A model generated the notes under the pieces. The model saw only the letters and a list, made by a program, of their open reading frames with translations. It was not told the origin of the DNA and did not search any database. Made by a program: the position numbers and the translations under genes. Source: a virus (lineage: Duplodnaviria; Caudoviricetes). Taken from it: DNA of 63,709 nucleotides. This document shows positions 1 to 9,018 of this stretch, piece by piece; within the stretch, counting starts at the first letter, position 1; every line of letters starts with the position of its first letter. The stretch is taken from the IMG/VR virus record IMGVR_UViG_3300022072_000008, positions 1 through 63,709 of that record; one strand, 5' to 3'.

Positions 1-1686
1 AAAGAATTATTACTCTTAGGTAAAGCAGCAGAAGCCATTACTACAGTGGGTAGTAGTTTAACCTCTATTCTTACTACGCAAGGTGATGTGGTGTATCGAA
101 ATGCTACTGGCCCAGCGCGGTTAGCAGCGGGTGCAGCAGGTGAAGTCTTAAAGAGTGGAGGCGCTGGGGCTAATCCTACTTGGGGAGCAGCATCAGGTGC
201 AGCTGATTTTGAATTGGCTAGCAACATGACAGCAAGACAAGTAGCTCAAATAGATTCTACAGGTAAGATTGCGCCTATTACCTCATCTGCGCCTATAGCA
301 GCTAGCCTTATGACAACTACCCCATATCCAAATACTGGGCCATCTGGTGCTACAGGTATAAACTATTCGTGTGCAGTAGACCCATCAAACACTAACAGGT
401 TTGCGGTTGTTGGTGGAGATAGCGGCAGTAAAATTAGCGCAGGACTTGTTGCAGCAGACGGTTCAGTAACTTGGGGGGCAACGGTAACAGCGGGCACTAC
501 TACTGGTACAACTGGACATCATGATATTGAATGGGATCCTGTCAACGATGGTGTTCTTTGGGTGCGAAGTGGCCAAAGCGGTTCATCTATTTCAAGATTT
601 AGTACAACTACAGGGGGTGTTACTCTGACTCTTCTGGGGACATTTGCTGATACCACTGGCTACAACTGGGGAACACTAGACTTACACCCTACTATATCTG
701 GCAGGTTTATTATAACTCATAGATCGGCTAAAACTCTTCGCGTTTGTGATTTAACATCTAATACTGCATATTCACAAGCGGCAACGTTTAACCTTCCTTC
801 CAAAGATGCTAACTCACATATCGCTAAATTTTTCCCAGATGATGGCACTAAAATCTTATTACTGTATGCAGGATCAGGCGGTGGCTCTAAGGCTAGAGTA
901 ATGGATCTTACTGGAAATACATTAACTGCAGGCACAGAAGTTGTATTGGGTGATGCTGCTACACCTTATTTCCGAGCTAAGTCTTTTGCATGGGAGCCTA
1001 ATGGAGATTCATCTACGGGGTATAGATTTGCACTACTGGTTAATGGATTAACTGGCGCATCTGCACATGCCCAACCAGACATTGTTGTAGGTACTGTTAC
1101 TAACGTTGGGGCTACTGGAACAATCACAGTAGGAACTGCAGTAGATTGGGGTGAGGTAGTAATAGGCGGAAATCAAAATGGAGCTATGTCATCTTCAGAA
1201 TTTACACACAATCTGGCTTTTAGCCCTTACAACAAAACTGATCTTATAGTAGGTACTGATTTCATCGGCAAGTGTACTTTAGTAGGCAATGAAATAACTC
1301 TTCCTACAACGACTGTATCTAAAACTATTTCTGGCCACGGCATTACTGCCGCTAACGGCAGCTACAATATGCTTATTAACTTAGGCAGTTCTGGTAAGTA
1401 TTTATCACTTATGGAGACATCAGGTGGCGCTATAGTAAACCAACATGTAAAACCAGCAACATCAAGCATTGATGCTAACAAGATGATGGGTCTTGTAACT
1501 GCCGCAGGTTCGACAGGTGACACTAGAACTGTTCAATATTCTGGGCAAATGGGAGGCTTCTCTGGGTTGACTATTGGAGCGAGACATTACGTTCAAGGAG
1601 ATGCCAGCGTAACTTCTACTCAAGTGTCCGACTCAGTTTTTGTTGGGGTTGCGGTTAATGCAACGACGCTACAAGTTAAACTTTAA
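1..1686 (+). CDS. Tail/receptor-binding or surface protein, allele A (5'-truncated by the window start)
   Basis: Frame is open from base 1 (KELLLLGKAAE...). About 90% aa identical to 59922..61682. Gly/Thr/Ser-rich, propeller-like middle region, conserved C-terminal GFSGLT..HYVQGD domain. Confidence 0.75.
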   Translation, partial: KELLLLGKAAEAITTVGSSLTSILTTQGDVVYRNATGPARLAAGAAGEVLKSGGAGANPTWGAASGAADFELASNMTARQVAQIDSTGKIAPITSSAPIAASLMTTTPYPNTGPSGATGINYSCAVDPSNTNRFAVVGGDSGSKISAGLVAADGSVTWGATVTAGTTTGTTGHHDIEWDPVNDGVLWVRSGQSGSSISRFSTTTGGVTLTLLGTFADTTGYNWGTLDLHPTISGRFIITHRSAKTLRVCDLTSNTAYSQAATFNLPSKDANSHIAKFFPDDGTKILLLYAGSGGGSKARVMDLTGNTLTAGTEVVLGDAATPYFRAKSFAWEPNGDSSTGYRFALLVNGLTGASAHAQPDIVVGTVTNVGATGTITVGTAVDWGEVVIGGNQNGAMSSSEFTHNLAFSPYNKTDLIVGTDFIGKCTLVGNEITLPTTTVSKTISGHGITAANGSYNMLINLGSSGKYLSLMETSGGAIVNQHVKPATSSIDANKMMGLVTAAGSTGDTRTVQYSGQMGGFSGLTIGARHYVQGDASVTSTQVSDSVFVGVAVNATTLQVKL

Positions 1687-2012
1687 TCAAGGATTAGAAG
1701 ATGACGGATTATTTGTACACATCAGGTGGGTTTCCTGCTTCTCCTAGCTCTGGTGACTCGTTGGTTATCAATGGTCTGTTTTATGATTGGACAGGCACAG
1801 CTTGGAAAGTTAGATCTACAGTAACCAATCGAGTTGAGTTTATAGCTACTGCAAACCAAGCTACTAAAACTGGGCTAACTTATCTTGTTGGAAGTGTAGA
1901 TTGCTATATCAACGGCGCAAAGATGCTGCTTGGTACAGACTTTACAGCAACCGATGGTGTATCGGTTACGTTTACTCCCGCACTTGATCTCGATGATGAA
2001 GTACAACTTATT
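1..2012 (+). repeat. Diverged direct repeat of ~59997-62008 (receptor-binding cassette)
   Basis: 1-115 is identical to 59997-60111. Colinear similarity continues to the ...VQLIMG codons of the second gene, then the copies are unrelated. Confidence 0.95.
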
Positions 2013-2087
2013 ATGGGCGCTGACGCATCTATTGGATCCCCAGCGGTTGCTGGGGCAACTATAGCCAGAATCTTAATGTATACATAG
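1701..2087 (+). CDS. Short tail-fibre anchor/adaptor module
   Basis: First ~104 aa are nearly identical to the N-terminus of 61697..63580. FP.SP..GD..YDW.G.AW and FIATANQ..VDCYING..L...DFTA motifs are typical of phage fibre N-termini. Confidence 0.7.
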   Translation: MTDYLYTSGGFPASPSSGDSLVINGLFYDWTGTAWKVRSTVTNRVEFIATANQATKTGLTYLVGSVDCYINGAKMLLGTDFTATDGVSVTFTPALDLDDEVQLIMGADASIGSPAVAGATIARILMYT

Positions 2088-2096
2088 GAGCCTCTC

Positions 2097-3284
2097 ATGG
2101 CCGAGCAAGTCAAAGTATTTAAAAATTTAGTAGATCAGACAGTAGCAGTAACGGCTACGGATGTAGTACTGCACACAACATCATCTACACAACGGGCAGT
2201 TCTAAGAGATCTAGATTGCATTAATTTAGGCTCGGACGTTAAGTTAGATCTTGATGGAAGAACAATGAATACAGGAACTTCTTCTGGAAATTTAGAGCGA
2301 ACTAAGAGTTTAATTATGGGGCCATCCTCTACGTTAAAATTAAAGTTTCCAGCAAAAGAGTCTGTTGGATTTTTAGGCATGTTCTTTTTTAATGGAACTA
2401 GTGCAATCAACGAAGGAATAAATTTAGTTACTGACGCAACAATTATTACTGAACCAGTTATTACTAGTCTTAGTGGTTCATCTATAACCCGAAGTTCTGG
2501 ATTTGTTCACAAACCTTTAGTAACTGACACTCCATATTTTTTTACTTTGAACACAGGTGTTGTTTACAAACATTCCATTACTGGCGCGGTAGTTGCTCAG
2601 CAGTCTATTGGTACTACTGCTCACCAAATGGGAAATGACGGAACGTATATTTACTACATTAAGTCAGCCACTATATATGGAAAAATGGCAATTGCTGATC
2701 TTACTTATACTGAGGTTACTGTGAGTGGCGCTTCTATGTCAATTCCGGGAGATAACCAAGGATCTTACGTCATTTATTATGACGGTAAAGTTTATTCTAA
2801 ACTGAACGGTGGTCATACTATTGTAAGTATTTTGACTTTAGCTACAGGAGTTGTGACTCAAAAAACTGACGCTAACTTTAATGTAGGTAGTTATTCTGAT
2901 GGAGCCACCCTTGTTACTAACGAAGCAGGCGTACCTTTTATTGTAGAGCAGGGCACAACTCATACTTCAGTCTGGAATATAAATACTGACGTAGTAACAA
3001 GAATAGCAGGAGGCGCTGGTTCTACTGAATATGGCAACGGAGGAGCTGAAATTAAACCGGGGGTTGCGCTAATAGTAGGTGAAGAAACTGACCGAGTAAC
3101 AATTATTGATACAAACTTTCCTGTTCCAGCTGTAACTGTTTATAAATATCCCAACAACCCATACCAATTGAATAACGTTCTTGGATCTTTTGGAAATAGG
3201 TTTGCACTTGCTGGAGGTTTAGTGCCTATAGAACCTCGTAAATTTAGCGCGTATGTTGCTGGCATAGACATTACTGAGGATTAG
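2097..3284 (+). CDS. Putative tail/receptor-binding protein (beta-rich, propeller-like), specific to allele A
   Basis: AGGAG RBS; 395 aa T/G/S/V-rich; lies in the fibre cluster; absent from the alternative cassette at the window end. Confidence 0.55.
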   Translation: MAEQVKVFKNLVDQTVAVTATDVVLHTTSSTQRAVLRDLDCINLGSDVKLDLDGRTMNTGTSSGNLERTKSLIMGPSSTLKLKFPAKESVGFLGMFFFNGTSAINEGINLVTDATIITEPVITSLSGSSITRSSGFVHKPLVTDTPYFFTLNTGVVYKHSITGAVVAQQSIGTTAHQMGNDGTYIYYIKSATIYGKMAIADLTYTEVTVSGASMSIPGDNQGSYVIYYDGKVYSKLNGGHTIVSILTLATGVVTQKTDANFNVGSYSDGATLVTNEAGVPFIVEQGTTHTSVWNINTDVVTRIAGGAGSTEYGNGGAEIKPGVALIVGEETDRVTIIDTNFPVPAVTVYKYPNNPYQLNNVLGSFGNRFALAGGLVPIEPRKFSAYVAGIDITED

Positions 3285-3287
3285 AAG

Positions 3288-4802
3288 ATGAGCAAAGCAA
3301 GGAACCTATCGACTTTACTCAGCTCAGACGGCTCAGTTAAGACAACTAAGTATACTGATAGTGTGGGTGGGCAATCTAATTTTGTAGCGTCAGGTACGTT
3401 GCCTAATGGTGTTCCCGTCATTTTAAAAACAGACGGGACTATAGAAGTTGTTGCTGGAACTTCAGCAGTTACAGAAAATATCCCAAAAGCAGTAGGAACT
3501 ACGTTTAAATCTGCTCTTGTTTCAAATTTAGCAATAGCTTTTAATCCAAATGTAGCAGGTAATTTTGTTATAGCATACGATTCAAAGTTGTTAGCAGGAA
3601 CAGTAAGTGGAAGCACTCTTTCTTTTGGGTCTGAAGTTTCTACAGGGTTAAATAATACAACGTATATCAGTATATCATTTGATCCAAATACTGCGAATAA
3701 GTTTATTGTAGTAGGAAAAATGCAATATGGATCAGTAATATTAGGTACTGTTTCTGGTACTACAGTTACTGTAAATACTACTGCTAACTTTCAACAATCT
3801 AATGTGTCATGGGTTACAGCAAAGTTTGATCCAAACAACGCTAATAAATTTGTACTTATGTATAGGGACGATACTAATTCAAATAAAGGAACTGCAATTG
3901 TAGGAACTATTTCAGGAACCACAATAACTTTTGGTTCTAAAAACGCATTATCTTTTAATAACACTTTCAATCATGTAATAGCTTTTGATCCAAGTAACGC
4001 TAATACTTTTGTACTTAACTACTCTGTAGGTTCTTATCCTTCTTGGACTGCTGGCGCTCTTGTAGGAACAATATCTGGAACCACTGTAACATATGGAGCT
4101 ACAGCTACCTATAATTCTTCAAAGTTTGCTAACTTTGCTGACATAGCTTTTGACCCTAATTCAGCTGGTAAATTTATAGTTGTTGGTGCAGCTTCTAACA
4201 ATAGTGATTATGGAACAGCAGTTGTAGGAATTGTTACAGGTACTTCTATTGCTTTTGGAAGCCCTGTTGTTTATCACTCAGGTGCGGCTTATTACAATAG
4301 TGTAAGGTTTAACCCGCATAAAGCAAACCAGTTAGTAGTGGCTTATACTTTTAACGGAGGGCAGCAGTACGCGTATGTGAGTGTAGGAACTGTTAGTGGA
4401 AATGCTGTGACTTTTGCTGCTCAGATAGTAATTAATGCTGGTGCTGGTTCTGCTTTAACAAGTATATCTTTTGACCCTAATAACGCGAATAACTTTGGAG
4501 TGGTATATAGGAATGGAGATAATTCAAACTACTCAGAAATGGTAGTTGGTGTAGTGGGATCTCCGGCAGGAACAAACATAACAAGCTCTAATTTTATAGG
4601 AATACCTAATGCTGCTTATGCAGATGGTGAAACAGCAACTGTAAAATTACAAGGAAGCTTGGCAACTAACCTATCTGGCTTAACAGCTTCAGAAACTTAT
4701 TACGTTCAAAATGATGGGACACTAGATACAACTGCTGATTCTCCATCTGTAGAAGCAGGCAAAGCATTATCATCAACCTCAATTTTATTAAAAGGTATTT
4801 AA
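3288..4802 (+). CDS. Virion surface/tail protein with ~50-aa FDPN repeats (beta-propeller-like)
   Basis: About 7 repeats of (I/A)xF(D/N)PNxANxFV...GTVSGTTxTFG. C-terminal SGLT..YYVQ.DG domain is shared with the neighbouring proteins. Confidence 0.7.
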   Translation: MSKARNLSTLLSSDGSVKTTKYTDSVGGQSNFVASGTLPNGVPVILKTDGTIEVVAGTSAVTENIPKAVGTTFKSALVSNLAIAFNPNVAGNFVIAYDSKLLAGTVSGSTLSFGSEVSTGLNNTTYISISFDPNTANKFIVVGKMQYGSVILGTVSGTTVTVNTTANFQQSNVSWVTAKFDPNNANKFVLMYRDDTNSNKGTAIVGTISGTTITFGSKNALSFNNTFNHVIAFDPSNANTFVLNYSVGSYPSWTAGALVGTISGTTVTYGATATYNSSKFANFADIAFDPNSAGKFIVVGAASNNSDYGTAVVGIVTGTSIAFGSPVVYHSGAAYYNSVRFNPHKANQLVVAYTFNGGQQYAYVSVGTVSGNAVTFAAQIVINAGAGSALTSISFDPNNANNFGVVYRNGDNSNYSEMVVGVVGSPAGTNITSSNFIGIPNAAYADGETATVKLQGSLATNLSGLTASETYYVQNDGTLDTTADSPSVEAGKALSSTSILLKGI

Positions 4803-4803
4803 C

Positions 4804-5052
4804 ATGAAGACGATTGTCGAGAACGGCACAAACATCAGCAAGTATATGTTTGCTAATTCAGTGGCTATTACTATGGGTGCAGACTCTATTACAACTCCTG
4901 ATTTTATTATCGGAGATATGAATACAAGTAACTGTACGCTGGTTGAAGGCGTAACATCTCCCTCTGGCTGGGCTGGATGCAAGCACACTTTTGATGGTAC
5001 AACATGGGCTGCTAACCCAGATTGGGTTGAGCCAGAAGCAGATCCTGAGTAA
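4804..5052 (+). CDS. Small tail-associated protein (fibre chaperone-like)
   Basis: Directly follows the fibre gene; C-terminal W..CK..FDG..W..NPDW pattern. Confidence 0.45.
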   Translation: MKTIVENGTNISKYMFANSVAITMGADSITTPDFIIGDMNTSNCTLVEGVTSPSGWAGCKHTFDGTTWAANPDWVEPEADPE

Positions 5053-5055
5053 TTT

Positions 5056-5334
5056 ATGAGCATAGTATATAGAGGCGAAACTTTTTCTGGCTACAACAAG
5101 CCGAAGCGTACCCCCAATCACCCAACGAAATCACACGCTGTTCTAATTAAAGACGGCGGCAAGGATCGGATGATTAGGTTCGGTGAGCAGGGTGCTTCTA
5201 CTGCTGGCAAACCAAAAGCTGGCGAGTCAGATAAGATGAAGGCAAAACGTAAATCATTTAAAGCCCGGCACGCAAAGAACATTGCTAAGGGTAAAACTTC
5301 AGCGGCCTATTGGGCCTCACGCACTAAATGGTAG
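5056..5334 (+). CDS. Basic hypothetical protein
   Basis: YNKPKRTP.HP.KSH...IRFG.QG...RKSFKARH...SAAYW pattern, recalled from marine phage genomes; Lys-rich. Confidence 0.6.
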   Translation: MSIVYRGETFSGYNKPKRTPNHPTKSHAVLIKDGGKDRMIRFGEQGASTAGKPKAGESDKMKAKRKSFKARHAKNIAKGKTSAAYWASRTKW

Positions 5335-5343
5335 GAGAATATT

Positions 5344-5466
5344 ATGCCAACAGTAGGAAAAGGAAGTAAGAAGAAAGAGTTTGGGTACGACGTGAAAGGT
5401 CGGACACAAGCAAAAGCGTACGCAAAAACCATGAAGACTAATGTTGTTAAGAAGAAGAAAAAGTAA
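5344..5466 (+). CDS. Small Lys-rich protein (40 aa; not in ORF track)
   Basis: AGGAG RBS; MPTVGKGSKKKEFGYDVKG...KKKKK*; fills the intergenic gap. Confidence 0.6.
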   Translation: MPTVGKGSKKKEFGYDVKGRTQAKAYAKTMKTNVVKKKKK

Positions 5467-5481
5467 TTTTTTTCTTAGCGT

Positions 5482-5498
5482 TATAAGCTAGGCTTATT
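5482..5498. promoter_or_regulatory. Dispersed 17-bp palindromic operator-like site
   Basis: TATAAGC-TAG-GCTTATT, 2 nt before the next ATG. Confidence 0.7.
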
Positions 5499-5500
5499 AT

Positions 5501-5731
5501 ATGTGGTCAATTATTATTGCTATTGCTCTAATCGACAGTGGGGGGCGGGAGACACCGAAGTTGGTGTCCAGCTACCCCACTCTTAGAGAGTGTCGCTTGG
5601 AACTTTTAGAAGTAGCAAAGTCACTAGATTATGAGTTGGTGGTCAGCCCATTGCTCGGTTATTCCGTAAAAAAGGATAGTGAGGGCAAGACTATAGTGTT
5701 GTTCTGTGTCCAAAATCAAAAAGGTGTGTGA
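5501..5731 (+). CDS. Hypothetical protein with N-terminal hydrophobic segment
   Basis: ORF within the operon; signal/TM-like N-terminus; two Cys. Confidence 0.5.
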   Translation: MWSIIIAIALIDSGGRETPKLVSSYPTLRECRLELLEVAKSLDYELVVSPLLGYSVKKDSEGKTIVLFCVQNQKGV

Positions 5732-5913
5732 TGTGGTCTAGCCCTTTGGAATTATACCCAGTGCATGTGTCACCTGATGTGGCACCTGTCGGTCACAGGC
5801 TTCTTATTGAGCCGCAGACTCACACAGTGAATGCGGAGTATCTTGTTGTTCAACCATCAAGAGAACCATACGGGATTCCCGTAGAGTACACACGGAGGTT
5901 ATGGATATGCTAG
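5728..5913 (+). CDS. Hypothetical protein
   Basis: Overlaps both neighbours (GTGA coupling). Confidence 0.45.
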   Translation: MMWSSPLELYPVHVSPDVAPVGHRLLIEPQTHTVNAEYLVVQPSREPYGIPVEYTRRLWIC

Positions 5914-6338
5914 CAGAATTGGCTATTGCAAATGCTGCCTTCGCAGTTATCAAAACCACACTAGCAAACGGAAAGGAAATTGCTGACGCTGGTGCCTCAT
6001 TAGGGAAATATTTTGGAGCGGAAAAGGCGATAGCTAAACAAGTAGCTAGTGGGTCTGGCAACGTACTAGAGGCTTTCCAAGCAAAGGAAGCTCTTGTTAG
6101 GCAAGAAGAAGAACTTAAATTTATGCTTAATAAACAGAGGCTGCATGGTTGGGTGGACTTTTTGGCATTCAAAGCCCAGTACACAAGAGATTTAAAAGAA
6201 GCGGAACTCGCAGCGCGCAAACAAAAGGCAGCAAAAGCCAAAGCATTAGATGAAAATTTGATGGTAGCCATGAAAGTGTTTGGCATATTAATTGTGATAC
6301 TGGGCGCGCTGTTCGGGGTCGCTATTTACGTGAGGTAA
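5901..6338 (+). CDS. Coiled-coil protein with C-terminal TM helix (lysis region)
   Basis: Helical Ala/Lys-rich body; hydrophobic C-terminus VFGILIVILGALFGVAIYV. Confidence 0.55.
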   Translation: MDMLAELAIANAAFAVIKTTLANGKEIADAGASLGKYFGAEKAIAKQVASGSGNVLEAFQAKEALVRQEEELKFMLNKQRLHGWVDFLAFKAQYTRDLKEAELAARKQKAAKAKALDENLMVAMKVFGILIVILGALFGVAIYVR

Positions 6339-6340
6339 CT

Positions 6341-6793
6341 ATGAGCTTTCTAAGTTTTTTAAGTCCAATTGCTAACTTAGGGTCAACTTACCTGGAGGGT
6401 AAGAACCAAGTGGCGAAAGCTAAATCAGCCGCCGCTATTGTTGGCTTACAAGCCGACGCAGAAGTAAAAGTAGCGGGGGCAAAAGCGGCAAACAAGCTAG
6501 CGGACAACGGACAGACGCAAGAATACAACCTTGATTTGGTGGCAATGCAACAGATGGATAAGTCATTCTTAGACGAGATTATGATTGCATTATTGCTGGT
6601 GCCTATTGCGGCGTCATTTTTAGGCTACCAAGCCGAAGTCACTGCTGCGTTTGAATCATTCGCTGCAATGCCAGATTGGTACCAGTATCTAGTGTTGGGA
6701 GTGTATGTCGTAAAGTTTGGGATGCGGGGTTTATTGACTAAGCTAATGTCAGGCAAGTTAGGAGCCTTAAACGCGAAAAAGCCCCAGCTTTAA
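6341..6793 (+). CDS. Putative holin
   Basis: Two C-terminal TM segments with a P.WYQY motif and basic tail; upstream of the endolysin. Confidence 0.55.
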   Translation: MSFLSFLSPIANLGSTYLEGKNQVAKAKSAAAIVGLQADAEVKVAGAKAANKLADNGQTQEYNLDLVAMQQMDKSFLDEIMIALLLVPIAASFLGYQAEVTAAFESFAAMPDWYQYLVLGVYVVKFGMRGLLTKLMSGKLGALNAKKPQL

Positions 6794-6800
6794 TATATAA

Positions 6801-6817
6801 TATAAGCAGTGCTAATA
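6801..6817 (+). promoter_or_regulatory. Dispersed 17-bp palindromic operator-like site
   Basis: TATAAGC-AGT-GCTAATA in the intergenic gap. Confidence 0.7.
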
Positions 6818-6830
6818 CATTGAGATACAC

Positions 6831-7052
6831 ATGTCTGATTTAGAAAAACGTATGACAAAAGCCGAGTATGTTTTAGAAGCTCAGGCGGACCAGATTGAAG
6901 AGCTGGAAGAAGCCCTGAAAGGGCTAAGTACGACGCTCAATGGTATAGAAAAACTTTTAGCTCAGATCAAGTGGATTGCAGTCGGAGCATTGCTGGTAGT
7001 TGCTATCAGTGACCACACATTTAGCTCAACCTTAATGAAGTTACTCTCATGA
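6831..7052 (+). CDS. Coiled-coil plus TM protein (holin/XhlA-like)
   Basis: Heptad N-terminus, then KWIAVGALLVVAI; ATGA overlap with the endolysin. Confidence 0.45.
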   Translation: MSDLEKRMTKAEYVLEAQADQIEELEEALKGLSTTLNGIEKLLAQIKWIAVGALLVVAISDHTFSSTLMKLLS

Positions 7053-7423
7053 ATGAATGGAAATATTTTACTGAAGACGAACTAAAGTGTAGCCATTCTG
7101 GAAAATGTTTGATGGACCCAAGCTTCATGCTGACGCTCGAAGCTATCCGTATAAAATGCGGGTTCCCCTTTACTATTACTTCTGCATACCGCGACCCAAC
7201 ACATCCCATCGAAGCTAAGAAATCAAAGCCCGGCTCTCACGCAAGTGGTCGTGCTGTAGACATCGCTGTGCGCGGCGACAAAGCCGTCAAGTTAATCAAG
7301 GTTGCTTTTGAGTTTGGTATTACAGGCATTGGCGTTCAGCAAAAAGGCGGCAGTCGGTTTATACATCTTGATGACTTGAGACTTGAAGACGGGTTTGCTC
7401 GACCAAATATTTGGAGTTATTAA
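7049..7423 (+). CDS. Endolysin, peptidase M15A (Zn) family
   Basis: ITSAYR, SHASGRAVDI (H-x6-D) and FIHLD motifs. Confidence 0.9.
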   Translation: MNEWKYFTEDELKCSHSGKCLMDPSFMLTLEAIRIKCGFPFTITSAYRDPTHPIEAKKSKPGSHASGRAVDIAVRGDKAVKLIKVAFEFGITGIGVQQKGGSRFIHLDDLRLEDGFARPNIWSY

Positions 7424-9018
7424 TGGCTACTTTTAGCGTCTCACAATTTAACGGCATTGCCCCTAAGATTGCCCCTCGTTTGCTTGGCGAATCTATCGCA
7501 CAAGCTGCGGACAACGTGCGCTTAGACTCGGGCCGTGTTGAGGCGCTACCAAACCACAGTGCTTCGGTTTACACAGTGCCAAGCACAACGAACACAGTGT
7601 ATCTATACTCTGGTTCGATCTGGAAGAATTACAACGCAGAAGTAGATATTGTAGAAGGTCCAATTGTTAATGATGTAACTGAGCGGGTCTACTATACGGG
7701 TGAAACGTACCCGAAGATTTATCGAAACGATGGAGGTCCTTATCGTTTAGGAGTTCCAGCACCTACAGCAGCACCTACCGTAGCCGTGACGGGCACTGCT
7801 GATTTGGATGAACTTGAGGAGAGCCGTAGCTATGTTGTCACATTTGTCACAAGTTGGGGCGAAGAGGGCCCTCCATCCAGCGCAACGACACCAGTTTCGT
7901 TCCGGGATGGACAAAGTGTTACGGTCAACCTGCCAAGTATACCTACTACTGCTGGCCTTAATTTTAACTCAGGTGCTCTTAAACGTATTTACAGAACAAA
8001 CACCGGTAGCACATCCACAGGTTTTCAGTTCGTTGCCGAAGTAGCTTACACCGCAACAACTTACACGGATACAATAGCGAACAACGCACTGGGAGAAGTA
8101 ATCCCCTCAGTTACGTGGATGCGACCACCTGACGACGACACGACGTTATTTCCAACAGGTGCAATGCAAGGGCTTTGCTCAATAGGCAACGGCATAATGG
8201 CAGGGTTTACAGGTAAAACGTTATGTTTCAGTGTGCCTTACCTACCACACGCATGGCCTGTGAGTTATCAGCTTGCTACCGAATCAGAGATCGTAGCGAT
8301 CAAGCCAACGCCCGGCGGACTAGTCGTGGGGACCAAAGGCAAACCGTACATTGCCCAAGGTTCAGATCCGTCAGCCATTAGCTTAATACAACTAGAAAGC
8401 GACCAAGCGTGCGTGAGCAAGATGTCCATGGTTGATATGGGTGGCTATGTTATTTACGCCTCACCTGATGGCTTGGTGACAGTGCAGGGTCAACAGATAC
8501 AGTTAGTGACTGACGCATTGCTACGCCGCGCGCAGTGGCAAGCCTACAATCCTACAACGCTAAAAGCGATGAATTACGAAGGCACATACATTGCCTCGAA
8601 CGCAACACAAAGCATTGTCTTTGATCCGCGTGGCGCAAAGAACGCGTTGTCGACGATCAGTGATACGTTTAAAGCTGCATACAACCATTTAGAAACAGAC
8701 ACGTTGTATTTTGTAGACAGTACGTCGGTTAAGAAGTTTGGGCAGGGTTCAGGTTCGTATACATTAACTTGGAAATCAAAACCGTTTGTGAGTGCTCAAC
8801 CACGTAACTTTGGCTGGGCGCGGCTCGATGCTGCAAGCTACCCTGTCACGTTTAAACTTTACACAGACTCGACTTTGGAATTTACACACAGCGTCTTAAA
8901 TAGTGAGCCTTTTAGATTACCTTCTGCAAGTCGCGCAAAATCCTGGGAGTTTGAAGTTTCTGGGACAGCGTCAGTGAACAGCGTATCAATTGCAGATAAT
9001 GCGGCTGAACTTCTATGA
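7423..9018 (+). CDS. Podovirus tail nozzle / tail-tube B-like protein
   Basis: Start is probably ATG 7423 (TAATG overlap, GGAG RBS). F.GIAP.I.PRLL N-terminus; YVVTFV..WGEEGPPS, FSVPYLPHAWP and WKSKPF motifs. Confidence 0.6.
   Translation: MATFSVSQFNGIAPKIAPRLLGESIAQAADNVRLDSGRVEALPNHSASVYTVPSTTNTVYLYSGSIWKNYNAEVDIVEGPIVNDVTERVYYTGETYPKIYRNDGGPYRLGVPAPTAAPTVAVTGTADLDELEESRSYVVTFVTSWGEEGPPSSATTPVSFRDGQSVTVNLPSIPTTAGLNFNSGALKRIYRTNTGSTSTGFQFVAEVAYTATTYTDTIANNALGEVIPSVTWMRPPDDDTTLFPTGAMQGLCSIGNGIMAGFTGKTLCFSVPYLPHAWPVSYQLATESEIVAIKPTPGGLVVGTKGKPYIAQGSDPSAISLIQLESDQACVSKMSMVDMGGYVIYASPDGLVTVQGQQIQLVTDALLRRAQWQAYNPTTLKAMNYEGTYIASNATQSIVFDPRGAKNALSTISDTFKAAYNHLETDTLYFVDSTSVKKFGQGSGSYTLTWKSKPFVSAQPRNFGWARLDAASYPVTFKLYTDSTLEFTHSVLNSEPFRLPSASRAKSWEFEVSGTASVNSVSIADNAAELL

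Noticed and set aside
1-2012. Diversity-generating retroelement (template/variable repeat pair)
   Set aside because: No reverse transcriptase ORF; the repeat is ~2 kb and its differences involve all four bases rather than adenines only.
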